Assembly: GCA_013239625.1 (NCBI GenBank)
Contig: MU054220.1
Coordinates: 8,157,367 to 8,221,366 of the forward strand
DNA: 64,000 bases
Source of the DNA: Lama guanicoe
Lineage: Eukaryota
Direction of reading: 5' to 3'
Within the stretch, counting starts at the first letter, position 1. Each line of letters begins with the position of its first letter. A model generated the notes under the pieces. It was given only the letters and a program-made list of their open reading frames with translations. It was not told the origin of the DNA and made no database searches. The position numbers were made by a program, and so were the translations under genes. Positions 25,962-38,073 of the stretch are shown here, in pieces.

Positions 25962-27624
25962 GCACATGTTATATTTAAAACAATTTTAAAAATTAAGAAC
26001 CAATCCAAAATATAATGTATGTGACAGTTAACTCATTGCCTTCTTTATCAAAACATCACAAATCCTTTCTTATATCTGAAAATGTCTGCCTACAGCAGGA
26101 TCAATGACTATATTTTCTATATGTTAAAATACACACCTGCACACACACACATACACACCAAATTCTATAGATAATATAGATATGGTAAAGAAATATGTCC
26201 CCTCCCCAAAGATGCTGGGAATATCCTACTTAAAGATAAGAACTTCCTAATCTATATGGTAAGAAAAATGGAAAGATAAAATTGTAGAACATATTTTCAT
26301 TCATGCAGCTTATTTATAGAAATGAATAAATATTCAAATTTTAATATTTTAATATTTTAATATTGACTGTAGAATTCATAAAATATTAATAAAATGAATA
26401 TCTGATCAAGCTTTTATATATTTCATATATATACCTATATTTTAAGTTATAATGGTAAATACACATAGCATGAAAATAAGTTATATATTCATATATAAAT
26501 TAAATACATATGTATTGTGTCTGAATAAATGACAGAGACATGTGAAGAATCAAGATACACACAAAGAAGCAAGCTTTATGTATATATACACACATATACA
26601 TACATGTACATTATATACATGCATTATTTTATGTGTTCCTAAATTTATATAAAACAAGGTAAAATGACTTCAGTGATAAATAAGGAAGAAAAGGCAATAA
26701 GCTGTAAACACTTAAGGTAAATATGGAAAATATAAAGGCTTACAGTTTTCAAAGGGAATTGCTGGGAATGTGAGTAGAATGCAGTCAACCTCAAGGAGAG
26801 CCCATGAAGACGTGTGCACAGTAGAAGAGCAGGGTGGGGGGCAAGGAGAGAGACGTGCCATGCCATTCCTGTATGCTGTGTGGGTCTCATTGATCTGCAT
26901 TGGCAGGCCGTTGGTTTGACCCGCTTCCTGCAGAGTTGGCGGTGGTGTTCAGATTCAGCCATGGGGAAAGCCATCTGGCTCTTCCAGCGCCATAAACTCT
27001 TATCTCTGGCTTCTCAGGCAACATGTTCTGACCAATCAATGTTAATCTCAGGGGCAGCCTGCTCCATCAGTCAGGACGTTTAACGCACAGGGAAACAGGA
27101 AACAATGGAAGAGAACTATCAGAGGATGGATCTGTCAGCTGTCCCATCCATTGTCTCTAGGACGCTGTTTTGTTTTGTTTTGCCTTCTCTGTCTAGGGAG
27201 GTCCCTTTAATTTGTGTATAGTTTCCAAAGCCTATGTTTTAGGTGAACTGTGATTAAATTCTGAGCCCCCCAACAATATGCTCATATAATAGGAATCACC
27301 ACCAGTATTTTTTTCTGCATAGTTACAGTGCATGTTGGGGAGTAGGGGAAATATACAGGGCTTCTGTTTGTCAGTTCCAAGTTGTAGACAGGCCATTCAG
27401 GGGTTCATGATCGCTCTACGTGTTAAAGATGACCTATGGTAATGAAAAGCTAAATTCTTCTTGAGGCCAAAATTTTTCTGGCACTTCCTGCTGAAGATCT
27501 AAGTTGTATTGATGGTTCTGTCTTTCTCTTTAAGTAATTCTTAAAATCATTTTCCTTTTTTCAGACTGCCCGTGAGAAACATCAGTGTACTTTCAGATGA
27601 TTTCAGATCAGTGTTCTGATTGTC

Positions 27625-27765
27625 ATCACCACGTCTGTAAGCTGTGTAAGGCTGGTATAACCCTCATTTAATGCACGTGGAAAATAGAGTCTAGAGGTTT
27701 TGAGGTGGATATTTCATGATCTAATAGCAGAGCTGTGACAGTGAACCAGATACCCTATTCAAAGT
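27625..27765 (-). mobile_element. MIR SINE fragment
   Basis: ccctcatttaatgcacgtggaaaatagagtctagaggttttgaggtgg...gagctgtgacagtgaaccaga. Confidence 0.5.
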
Positions 27766-28450
27766 CGTACAGTATTTTCATTTTACCCAAAGGCATCAGT
27801 GTTATGTAGCGGAGTTTCACTATCTTCTTGGTGCTATTTGTTAGGTAGAAAAAGTTGTTGATTATTGGAAACAATTTAGAGAATTGTGTCTCCTGTAATG
27901 ACAAAACCACCTTAGAATAAAGCCATCTCTTCTCCAAGGAAGCATGGAACACAGATTTGAGATACAAAACATATTTTAGTAAATTCCATAAAACTCAAAT
28001 TCTTTTTAAAGAGTTTGTTGGAAATCCACACCCAACTAAGAAATCTAGGTCCAAGGAAACTAATGAAACTAAAAAACAAAATCTTTAAAGATCACTTAAA
28101 ACTGCCTTTCATTCACAGAAGCTTGGAACATTTTTGTAATTTTCCCCATCTGCATTTTTAGTTACAGGGTCCCCTAAAAAATTTTTTCCTGGGTGTGAAA
28201 TTATTTTAAGCTGTATACGAATACTGTTCTTCTTAATAAAATTAATTCAGAGACCTGATTCTGTCCCATACTCTCACTTTGTTCCTTAGTTTCCAGGAGA
28301 AGAAAAGCTAATACAAACATAAAAATTAATTCTCATGATTAATTCCAGCAAAAGTTTTCAGAGTTCAGGGAGAATTGGGTTCCTTCAATACAGCATTTAG
28401 CATAGCAAAATTATCTTTGCCCCTATGTAATATCTATCTTCCTGAAAGAG

Positions 28451-28482
28451 CACACACACACACACACAGACACACACACACA
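28451..28482. repeat. Interrupted (CA)n microsatellite
   Basis: Visible run. Confidence 0.95.
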
Positions 28483-31400
28483 GCTAATGAAATACGGATG
28501 GAACAAAAATAGAGTAGGGGAATGTCAATTATGTGATCTTAGAGTGCTTGAATTTTATCAATTGACTTGAACAAAAGAATCGTTTTAAAAGCTCCAGTCA
28601 CTTTTTAATGGAACCCTGCCGTGACTTCTTTTGTGACATGAATAATCCCTTCCATAATGCTAAGGCTCATTCCCTAATTCGCATGTGTAATCAGCTTTCA
28701 TTAACTGAAGCACAGCTATCCAGGCATGACCTTATCTTTGTAACAGCTGTCAAATAAATAAATAAATGCTTATTTGCAGTAAGTTTAATTCTGTCCCTCC
28801 TGGTCCAAGTGCAGAGGTGCTCGCTTGCCAAGGGATAGCTCGACACAGTATGTCAGACAGGTAGACTTCTGGGAAATAACAGCGCCAGACAGATCAGCCT
28901 GGCATGAAGTTATTAGCAAAGAGGGCTCTTTTTGAAACTCTAGAATTACCAGGCTGCAAATGCAACTGGGTTTCCATCACTGGCTGCCACCTTTGGAGAG
29001 CACTGTTTTGTTGTGGGCTTTTTCTTTTTCCATTTATAGACAGGAGACAATCACTGTCAGTGTCATCAGTGTGAGCTAGGAATGACAGTGATGTGTGGAT
29101 GCTGGGATGAGCACACCAATGACAGTCACAATGGGAGTTCTGAGGAAGGGGCAGCTTGGAGGTGAGACATAGCTACAAGTGACAGGTTTTGGCAGAAAAA
29201 TAGGTAGCTGCGATGAGGAAAAAAAAGAAACCCTAAGGTTTACAATTTAAGAAGAGGTGACAGTGCATAGGGAATAGCCTTAGAAGAAGAATGAATATTT
29301 GTGCCTTGATATTATAAAGCAATAAATGTATATGTGCCATTTACCTGAGGCCTTTACTTATATCAGCTTAAAAATAATAACAACTACCAAACCATAATAT
29401 CTGGTAGTCTGGAAAACACACTTTTAGAAATGAAAGTGTATGTCTTTCTATATTGTGTTTTCAATGTTCTGCAAAAATAGACATCCTGATCCTTTAAGAA
29501 ATTTGGTTTCTGTGGACCGATATGGGACAAATAGGAAGCTGATAGTTCCTAGTAGAAGAATTGATTCTATTATGAGATGGAAATAATGGCTCCAAAAAGC
29601 GTGGAGCTGGACGGGCAAAGACATGTAGGAAATCATGAAATGACTTCATTCTGGCTGGGAAAAGCTTATCACAGAGAAATTGGAAATCTTGATCTTTCTC
29701 TGCATTCACTCTGTCCCTCCCTCTCTTTTCCCTTGAACTTGATGCTGCAGAGAGCAAAATGTCAGTCTTAAATGTCAAAAAGGACAGATTAGCATCAGAT
29801 AGTTAGATACACAGAGCTAAGCACAGACAAGCACTATGAAAAGATCATGTTTTATAGCTGGAAGATACATCAAAGATTATTTATTCCACTACTGGAGTTC
29901 CAAGACGAGGAAACTATGGCCCAGGAAATAGAAGCGAGACATTGTGTCTTAACAGTAGTACGTGATCAAGCATATATGACTCAGGCATCTGTCATTTTAG
30001 AAGACCAAGTGTATTTTTTTAACGTCTGTAAATCTTTAGATAAATATTTGTTACATTGTGTGATCATGCACTTCTCCGGCCTTTGGAGCCAGCCCATCAG
30101 CCCAAACGGCTGAAATGGGCCGAAATGGGCCGAAATGCATACTGTGAGCCAGCAAACCCAAGTCTGGGTCTGTTGAAGGAGTGAAATGCACCCAAGCATT
30201 ATGGGAAAAGTTGACATCCAGCCATCCAAACAGAGGTGTCAGACCTAAAATGTAAATCAGCTTCTGTGTTAAGTGAGACATAAAGGGAAGAGAAAGGACT
30301 GGCCTCTAAACTTTAGGAAGACCAAACATTAACCTCAGGAGGTCCTATTGGTGGGTCCAAACCATAGCCCCACTGGGATATGATAATTGCCTTAGGGTAG
30401 ATGATACTGACTTTTGTCTTTGTATGAAGGATCTCCTCAGGGTGGACTGATAAATGCTAGCAAGCAAATACTGCTCTCCAGGGAATGACAGTTTTTTTGT
30501 AATCAGTGATGAGTCACGTGCAACTGATTAAGGAATGTGTCCAAGTGCAAACAACCCCCTTGTTAGAATTCATGTTACCTCTAAACATGTTGTCTCTTCT
30601 GAAGGACCCTAGTTTCTTTAAGTGACAGCGTATGTAAGTATGCAAATTGGAGACATTTGGAAAGAATTGAAGTGTTTTCCCTAAGAGAAGGGATTAGGGA
30701 ACAGAGACCTTCTGGAAACTGAGGAGAGTTGCATGGGGTGCAGGAGAGCGGAAGTCTGGGGACAGGAATGGGAGAGACATGACTTTGAAATAGAGAAAGA
30801 AAAATAGAGGGCAGGAGAAAGAGAAAGCAGAGGTATGATTTACAGAACTTTGATTCATTTTTGTGCTGTGGGTCATAACATTATACTTCCCTCTGTACTC
30901 TCAGGGACCCCTTACTGAACAGTGCTTTAGGGGGCGGATTTCTGTTGGTTATTTGGACATATGGCGGTTGCTGAGGCAAATTTCCAGATGAGGAAGAGCA
31001 TGACACCTGAACCACAGATGGCACAGCATGGGTTACTGTCAGAGGAGACTCTGAGAAGAGTCGTACTGATCACCATGTCATCCACCTGTGTATACCTTCG
31101 TATGTCACCCAGATTTTTAATCACGTATTTTCTTTGTCTTGGGATTTTAAGTAAAGCACTGACTTTACATTAGAAAACCAGTATATGGAAATATTTGCTC
31201 AGTCTTTACACCTTGTCTCTTGGGAAGCCAGCCATGGAGAATACAAAGTCATCTAACTCAGGGAAAATTAACTTAATAAAGATACAGAGTTTGGGGGAAA
31301 AAAAAGATAATCAATAAATTTTTAGCTTCCTGAAGACTCTCAGGAATAGTTGTTAAATAAGCTGTGTTTAAAGGCTCAGCACAGACGAGTCCATTGGTTG

Positions 31401-31729
31401 GTTAGTGATTCTTCACAAGGGAAAAGGAGCCAGGGGGCTATGGCACCCTCATCCCAGCCTCCTGGTCCCCACAAGAAAACACTCGGATTTTCAAAAGCTA
31501 TGCCAATATTATTAGGTGGATAAAGATCAGAGAGTCGTAGCTCCCTTAACAATTTTTTCTTTTTTAATATATGGACACATAGTTTTAAATTGACTGTAAA
31601 TTAATGTCTAGACAAGTGTTTCCAGACATGTGTGCACAGAGGTTCTATATCCAGAAATCATATTTCAGCTAGTAATTTTCTAAAGTTGTACACCAAGCCA
31701 GGGTTTTCTGAAAATTTGAGGAGAACCTC

Positions 31730-32260
31730 AAAAAAAAAAAGTTCTTACGACTGATAGAAAAAACAATACACTACAGACAAAAAGATTAGACAAATTTTTA
31801 CTGCAATAAGTTTGTGGAGTTAAAAATATATGTTTATAAACATGTATAAAATTATATACATATAAAATATATAAATATATCCCAAAATGATCCCATGGAG
31901 CTGTGTTTTTTAGGTTAAACAATACAGCTCCATAAGACCATTCAGAGTTTTTATGGGCTAGAGGAAGTGTGAAAGCATATTCAATAACATAATATAAATT
32001 TATATTAAGAAAATAAAGCACAACAAAACAACGGTCACACTCCTCAAGCATGCACACACAGAAAACACACACACACACACACACACAAAGTAAATCTCTG
32101 CAAAGTCTTTTTTGGCGGATGCAGAATTGTAGAAGGTAAGAAAGTATTTATCATTTACACTCTGTGTGGTATCTTTGTTTATTTAAATGTTACAGTGTAA
32201 CTTTCCTGTGTATGCAATATTTTTGTTTATGTACTACAAGATAAACCACTATTTTTTATC
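31730..32260 (+). mobile_element. Ancient L1ME-like 3' UTR fragment containing (CA)n at 32065-32087
   Basis: aaagcatattcaataacataatataaatttatatt...cacacaaagtaaatctctg...ttaaatgttacagtgt. Confidence 0.45.
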
Positions 32261-32329
32261 ATATATATAGTAAGTGTTTCTTCATGATTTGTATGACTGT
32301 GTATTTTATTTTAAAAGACAGCTTGACAT

Positions 32330-33500
32330 TTTAAATATTATTGGTGTTATAAACCAAAATTGCTTTTTCACTCCAAACTTGTTATAACTTCTATTTTGAA
32401 TATTGAGTAGATAAGTATTTATTCTGGTTCTGAAAGCTAGAAATGAGAGATTTATTAAAATAAGATTATTTCTATCTAATGTCAGGTCCTCAGATATCAT
32501 TAAATGTTGCTCAGAATTAGGCTGTAGATGTAACTTTGTATAAATAAATGTATCTCTCACACTTCCACACAAGTATGCCCAGAGCAGTTCCACTGCCTGC
32601 CAGTCTCTATCAAAATCCTTTGTTTCATGGCAAATGCAAGCACAGAGAGTATATAAAATATATAAATTCACACATTTCAAATATAAGGCCGAAGTTTACT
32701 CAAGGAGTCAGTAGTAACTACTCCATCATGACACCACATAAAGGTCTGGACCTGATCAAGGCTGAGAAAAATCATGCAAAGTTTACTTAAGGAAGAAAAA
32801 TAAAAGAACATAGGATTTGTAAATTATACAATGATTCCTTAAAATATATATGAAAATAAATAATAACACAGTATTAAGATTTAGGGGAAAAACAAAAAAA
32901 ATAGTCTCATTATTTTAAAATATTTAAAGCCCAACCTCATTGGAGAAACTTTAGTGAAACATTTTATTTCTAATGGTCCTAAATATTCACTTGAGGAAAA
33001 AAATGGAAGTAATTTCAGATATTGAGAAACACCATATTGATAATTTTAATAAAGTTATCACATCTCAAGGTTTTCAAAATATAAAATCATTGCATTTTGT
33101 ATTTTGGATTTCATTTTTGGTACCTATAATGAATCATAAAATAATTTCCCCTCAATTTCTTTTTTATGTGGATTACATGACTCAATATCTCACTGAAGAA
33201 TCAACATTATTTTATAAATAAATGAAGACTACCATAAAAGCTGATGAATTCTTTGGATCAAATGAGTCGGAATTGGGATGAGGGAGGGGTGTACAAAATT
33301 AGTACACTAATGGTACTTCAAAACGTTGGATTGGTGATTGACATTTTTGTTAATACTAAAATTCAGACCAAAAAAAGTACCTGCTTTCTGGATGAAAAGC
33401 GTCATTTACCACCAAGCATTGGTTTTCAATATTACATGTTTCAAAAGATCTAAGTGAAAATATGAACTTTCTAATCAAATAACACAATTATATTGGAGAA
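32330..33500 (+). pseudogene. Fossil hAT-Tip100 (Arthur/Zaphod-like) transposase coding region, disrupted by stops and frameshifts
   Basis: Colinear motif remnants: TPNL (~DxTPD), NERFIKI...DIIKCCSELG (~ERFL..F...L.ELGLD), QGVSSNYSIMTPHKGLDLIKAEKNHAKF (~QGYDNAS.MSG..KGVQA.IK.....A.F), PHWRNFS (~TRW), QGFQNIKSLHFVFWISFL, and TKKSTCFLDEK (~RKKKR.FDE). Confidence 0.7.
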
Positions 33501-34354
33501 AAAAGAAATAAAAGGTATTAAATATTGAAACATTTGCTTTCTTTTAAAATTCTGCAATGCAAAATAAAAGTATTTGATTCCATGCAGAGGTTCACTGGTT
33601 TTTAAAAAGCGATATGCTAAAATATGCAATCACCCTATTTTTAGAACGCCAAGCTAGGGTGAGGGGAGAAACTGCACTGTTCCAGTTACGCAGCTGTAGA
33701 GTAGCCTTAAATGAGTCACTAAAACAAACTTTAAAAAAATGACAGTTCACAAGAGAACAGGGCAAACTTGATAGCTCTGAATGAAGATGTGAAAACATTG
33801 AAGAACTTGAAGCTTTAAATATCAAACTATGGAACATTATTTGTATTCCAAGTTTTTATTGAAAAATACTAAGAAAGTAGTGAGAAAAAAAAATCTCTTT
33901 ATTGACCTGGTAAGGTGCCCAGGGACAAGACTCTAACTTCGTTTTTATGGAAAAAATCAAATTTCATTAGCCTTCCTGCACGATGACCTCGGACGAATTT
34001 TTCCTTGTTTTGAGTGAACATCCCATTTGGACGTTTGTAAAGAACCACGTAGGACAATTATTTTGAAATTTTGTTAAAATTATCTGTACTCAGTGACCTT
34101 TCATTTTATCTCAAATACATGAGGGCATTAAAAAATTAACAATGATGAATATAACTTATCTATCAGTTGTTATAAAATAGATAATGAAAATACATTATTC
34201 ATGTTATTAATTCTATTTTCTTCCATTGCTTCCTCTATCCAAGTATTTTTAAGGGCACAGTAACTAAAGCTGGCTTCCTAACTTGTATAGTGTGGTAGCT
34301 TATATGAAATAATAAACATATACCAAGTTTTATTCTGTCTCATAAACTAGATCA

Positions 34355-34600
34355 ATAGGTGGGTGTGTATTTATTGTTAATGGAATGAAGTTAATGCTTC
34401 AGCGAGCTCTCAGTCATACCGGCCCTAAGTGTTTCCCTAAAAATGAATTCTCATGGTCAAGTGTCTTTGTAAAAGGTGCAAAAATCAGGACATTTTAATC
34501 ACAGTTTTTTAAGTTCTTAAAAAAAAAATTTCTTTCTGATTCAACTTCCCATCTGTCACACTCCCCTTTCTATCAAGTGACTGATGTTAAAATTGGGATG
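34355..34600 (+). mobile_element. Arthur1/MER53-like hAT-Tip100 left terminus
   Basis: aatgaagttaatgcttcagcgagctctcagtcataccggccct ... tctttgtaaaaggtgcaaaaatcaggacattttaatcaca ... caacttcccatctgtcacactcccct matches the recalled Arthur1 5' sequence. Confidence 0.55.
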
Positions 34601-35792
34601 GTATGAAGAAATGATTAAAGAAAACATACTTACAAGTATATTTAAAAAAATCATATGTAACTAATAGTTATTACATATTTACTGATCTGCTAGGGTCTTT
34701 GGAGCTAATCTCATTTATCCTCCATTAATATACTATGTATCACATATCCTGTAATTATTTAAAGGAAATGATTTTCAGAATACAGTTAATTACCTTTAAT
34801 TCGCTAATCAAGGTACAGAAGCAGGCTTTTATTATTTTAAATGTCTGTAATGCTTAAACTTTTGACTTTGAGGGAATAGTAATTTTTCATGACAAATTAC
34901 ACAGAGGGAAAAATTATGTATCATTTGTTTTGCTCTAGTTACTGCTTCAAGTTCCAATTGAAATTCAGGAAATAAAACTGAGAACACCAGAAATATCCGT
35001 AGACTCAATGCAGAGGGATTTTGAATGATAGCCTGTATACCTGCTCTCTGCCTTCTGCCATTCAAAATATGGTATTTATCTACCTCCAGCTCACCTGTGA
35101 AATGTTATCTCACGTATAAAATAAGACATCAGAAGCGATTACTAGTCTTTTCAGGGAGAACGTGGAGAGACCACAGATCTGGAGACAATACACGGAACAG
35201 TGTCTTCCTTTAACGTGTAAGAGCAGCATTGAAACCCTAGCTGGAGTTGTGCCATGTCCCCTTTCTCTGCAGGAGGGATCCAAGAAAGTGGGTTTGCGCT
35301 GGAAGGTTCTTAATAGTAGCATTAAGGCTAAGGAGAGAAACAGAAAACAACTTCGTAAAATGCTACAGCACGTTTAGAACAGGAAAAACGTTTAAAAACT
35401 ATACCTCCAGAGCTAAATGAAGTACACAGAAGCACGCCATACATAATTTGGGGGGTTTATTTTTATCCAAAGGTTTCACACCAGCAATTGAGTGCTACCT
35501 AAATCCGAGGAAGCGAAAGATGCAGCACATGATCGTTGTAACCACTGAGAGAAACGCACACATTCACACACTCTCTACACACACAGGAGTCACGTCTGTG
35601 CACTCAGCCAGAGGGCATGACGTGGGGAACGGAAGCAAAGGGGAATCTGAGAAGGCTTTTTGTCTTCTTTATCTCTGGTGCTGTTTTAAAATGCATCACT
35701 CTGTCTGTTGCTTCTGTTTTGTGAGTTTTAAATTCCTGTTTTCGCGTTTGCGTTCGTGTATGACGGTCTCCTAAGACGTTGCTTTAGCATCG

Positions 35793-35810
35793 CACCACTA
35801 GGGGGTGCCC
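35793..35810 (+). promoter_or_regulatory. Candidate CTCF binding site (forward)
   Basis: CACCACTAGGGGGTGCCC fits the core CCASYAGRKGGCRS with one C>T change. Lies in unique sequence with locally raised CpG (35743-35848). Confidence 0.7.
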
Positions 35811-37116
35811 TCATTGCACATATTGCTGTGCAGTCAGTACAGCGGCGATCTTGGGCAGTGCAGTGGGACACATTTTATTTGGGGCTAATTTCCGTTCTGA
35901 ATTTGTTTTCCTGTTGTAATATTCTTTAAACTCTGACCCGAGGATTTAACACCAGTACATTCTTCACTGTGAGACACAAGGCCACTTTTTCTAAGTGCTG
36001 TTAATATTCAGACACATTGGAGTGTTTCCTAAAGAGAACAGAAATCTGAGCTTAATTAGTTCCTTCTAATTTTGCCTCAGTTTTCTGCTCTCCTCGGGAA
36101 ACACGTGAACTCTCATGGGTATGTGGCAGCAATTATTTCAATTTCACATAGCTGTTTGTAATTATTTTCTGTCAGTTTAAGAAAATATCCAAAATTTATG
36201 TAAGCTAATTACACGCATTAAAATATTAATAATTTTAATGTGAAAATAAAATTTTAGCCTACTTAATTTAATAATATTAAATTTACTGCATTATCACTAC
36301 TGTAAAAAACTGATTCTTTTAATCTATTAATCTACTTAGCGTTTATACACTATTGATAATGCCTTTTCATTCAAATGTTATGTTACATTTACACTTACTA
36401 GTGACAAACAGCTGCTAATGTTCTAGTATGGTTTTCCTTAACAGAATAATGAAATAACAACTTCTTGAAATTTATATGAAAATATTGGGTATTATATTCC
36501 CAGGAGGGCAATGAGATTAACTGAACTGTTTCTCTTATTTAAACAATTATCAATGCAAAAATTCAGGATCACTATTAAATTATTAATAAAATTATAAATA
36601 CAGTCTTTAGTCTTTGAAAAATTCAGGAACAACTTTGAACAACTTTGACATGCAGAAAATATTTAGTAGTGTATTATCCAATAAGTTACCTTATTTATTC
36701 ATGTGTTCTACATCGTTCATGGTCATTGAGCTACTCTGAAATTTTGGAAGTTGTAGAAAAATGATAATCGTGCAAATGATTCCTGTTCACACAATAGAAA
36801 TTTTGTTGATAAATAATAAGCTCAGGTTCTATTAAAACAAAAACTACCACAAAATTTTAAGAGAATTTTTATTTAAAAGTCAACTAGTAAATGAATTCTC
36901 TTAAATATATTAACATACAATATTAGTTTCGCCAAAAAAAAATTTTTTTTAGTAAGTCATTTTTTTACTCAGCCATGGGTTTTAGAGCTCAGCCTTACAC
37001 ATAAACACCAATAAATCCCCGCAATCAATATGTGTCATACACGTATTTTTCAGTAGTTTAGGAAAAGCATATGGTTTTTAGATATCAGCATTATATTTAG
37101 ATAATGAGAGATGTAG

Positions 37117-37177
37117 ATATATATATATATATATATTAGTTCTATATTAGTATATATATATATATATATTAGTTCTA
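37117..37177. repeat. Compound (TA)n microsatellite with duplicated TTAGTTCTA flank
   Basis: (at)n-tagttcta-tattag-(ta)n-ttagttcta, visible in sequence. Confidence 0.9.
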
Positions 37178-37858
37178 ATGCAGTGTAATACAATTATATT
37201 TCTCCTCTCCTCTCCTTCCCAATTCGCTTCTTTCTGAATCCTATTGCAGCAAATCTAAAGAATAAGTTTTATGCTACAGGTACAGGTATGGGGGAATTTA
37301 TTTCCAGATATCCTCAAAATTTGTTTTTCTGACACCATAGTTACGTTTTGACGTATGACTGGGCAGGATGTAAGTGTATCTGCAAGAACAGATCCTCGGT
37401 TGTTAGGGTGTTCCGTGTGAGTGCAACACAGCTTATTCTCCCGGGAATGGCCCACACCGCAGAGCCATTTTAAAATTTCAGCTTTGAACAAATACTGTTC
37501 CTGCTAGACTGAACAAGTCTTGAGCCTTAGTACCTGACGGCTCTACTGCCAAATTTAGATCCATGTGGCCATTGGCTGCTGGCTGAGCAGCATTAAGGTT
37601 CAAGTCAGCAGGGCAGCTGCCCACGGCAACAGTCTTCAGGGAGCACTAAAACATCGCTGCTAGAACACCGCCAGAAATAGGCGCTGATGAAGAAAATGTC
37701 TTAATTCGCTTAGGAGGGTGTTAAGATGGGACTCTTAACATTTGTCTCTACTGAAGAGAAAATATTTAGTGGCAAACACTCCCCGTTCTAAATCAAGTGT
37801 CGGACCTCCAATATAGGACTTCTAAAAAAGCAAGTGACATTCAAATAGACTCTTATTC

Positions 37859-38073
37859 CAGTGGTCCTCAGTGAGGACCCGTGTTGACCCTCGAAGGGAT
37901 GTTTCCAATGCCTAGAGACATTTTTGAAGGTCAAGACTTGGGTTTTGGGGGAAGGCTGCTGCTGCCACCTGGTGGGTGGAGGTTGGAGCTCTCGTAGGCA
38001 TGCACATGATAGACCTCTGGAAAGGCAATTACTCAGCCCTGAATGTTAGCGGTGCTGATGCTGGGAAACACTG
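37859..38073 (+). mobile_element. MER20 (full length) carrying a strong CTCF motif
   Basis: cagtggtcctca...caatgcctagagacatttttg...ctgccacctggtgggtggagg...ctgggaaacactg. Confidence 0.85.
37961..37975 (-). promoter_or_regulatory. Candidate CTCF binding site (reverse) within MER20
   Basis: The reverse complement reads CCACCAGGTGGCAGC, a near-ideal CTCF core. Confidence 0.6.

Noticed and set aside
27565..27636. Possible 72-nt plus-strand exon
   Set aside because: Good acceptor but weak donor (TCT|GTAAGC) at the edge of a MIR, and stops in all frames.
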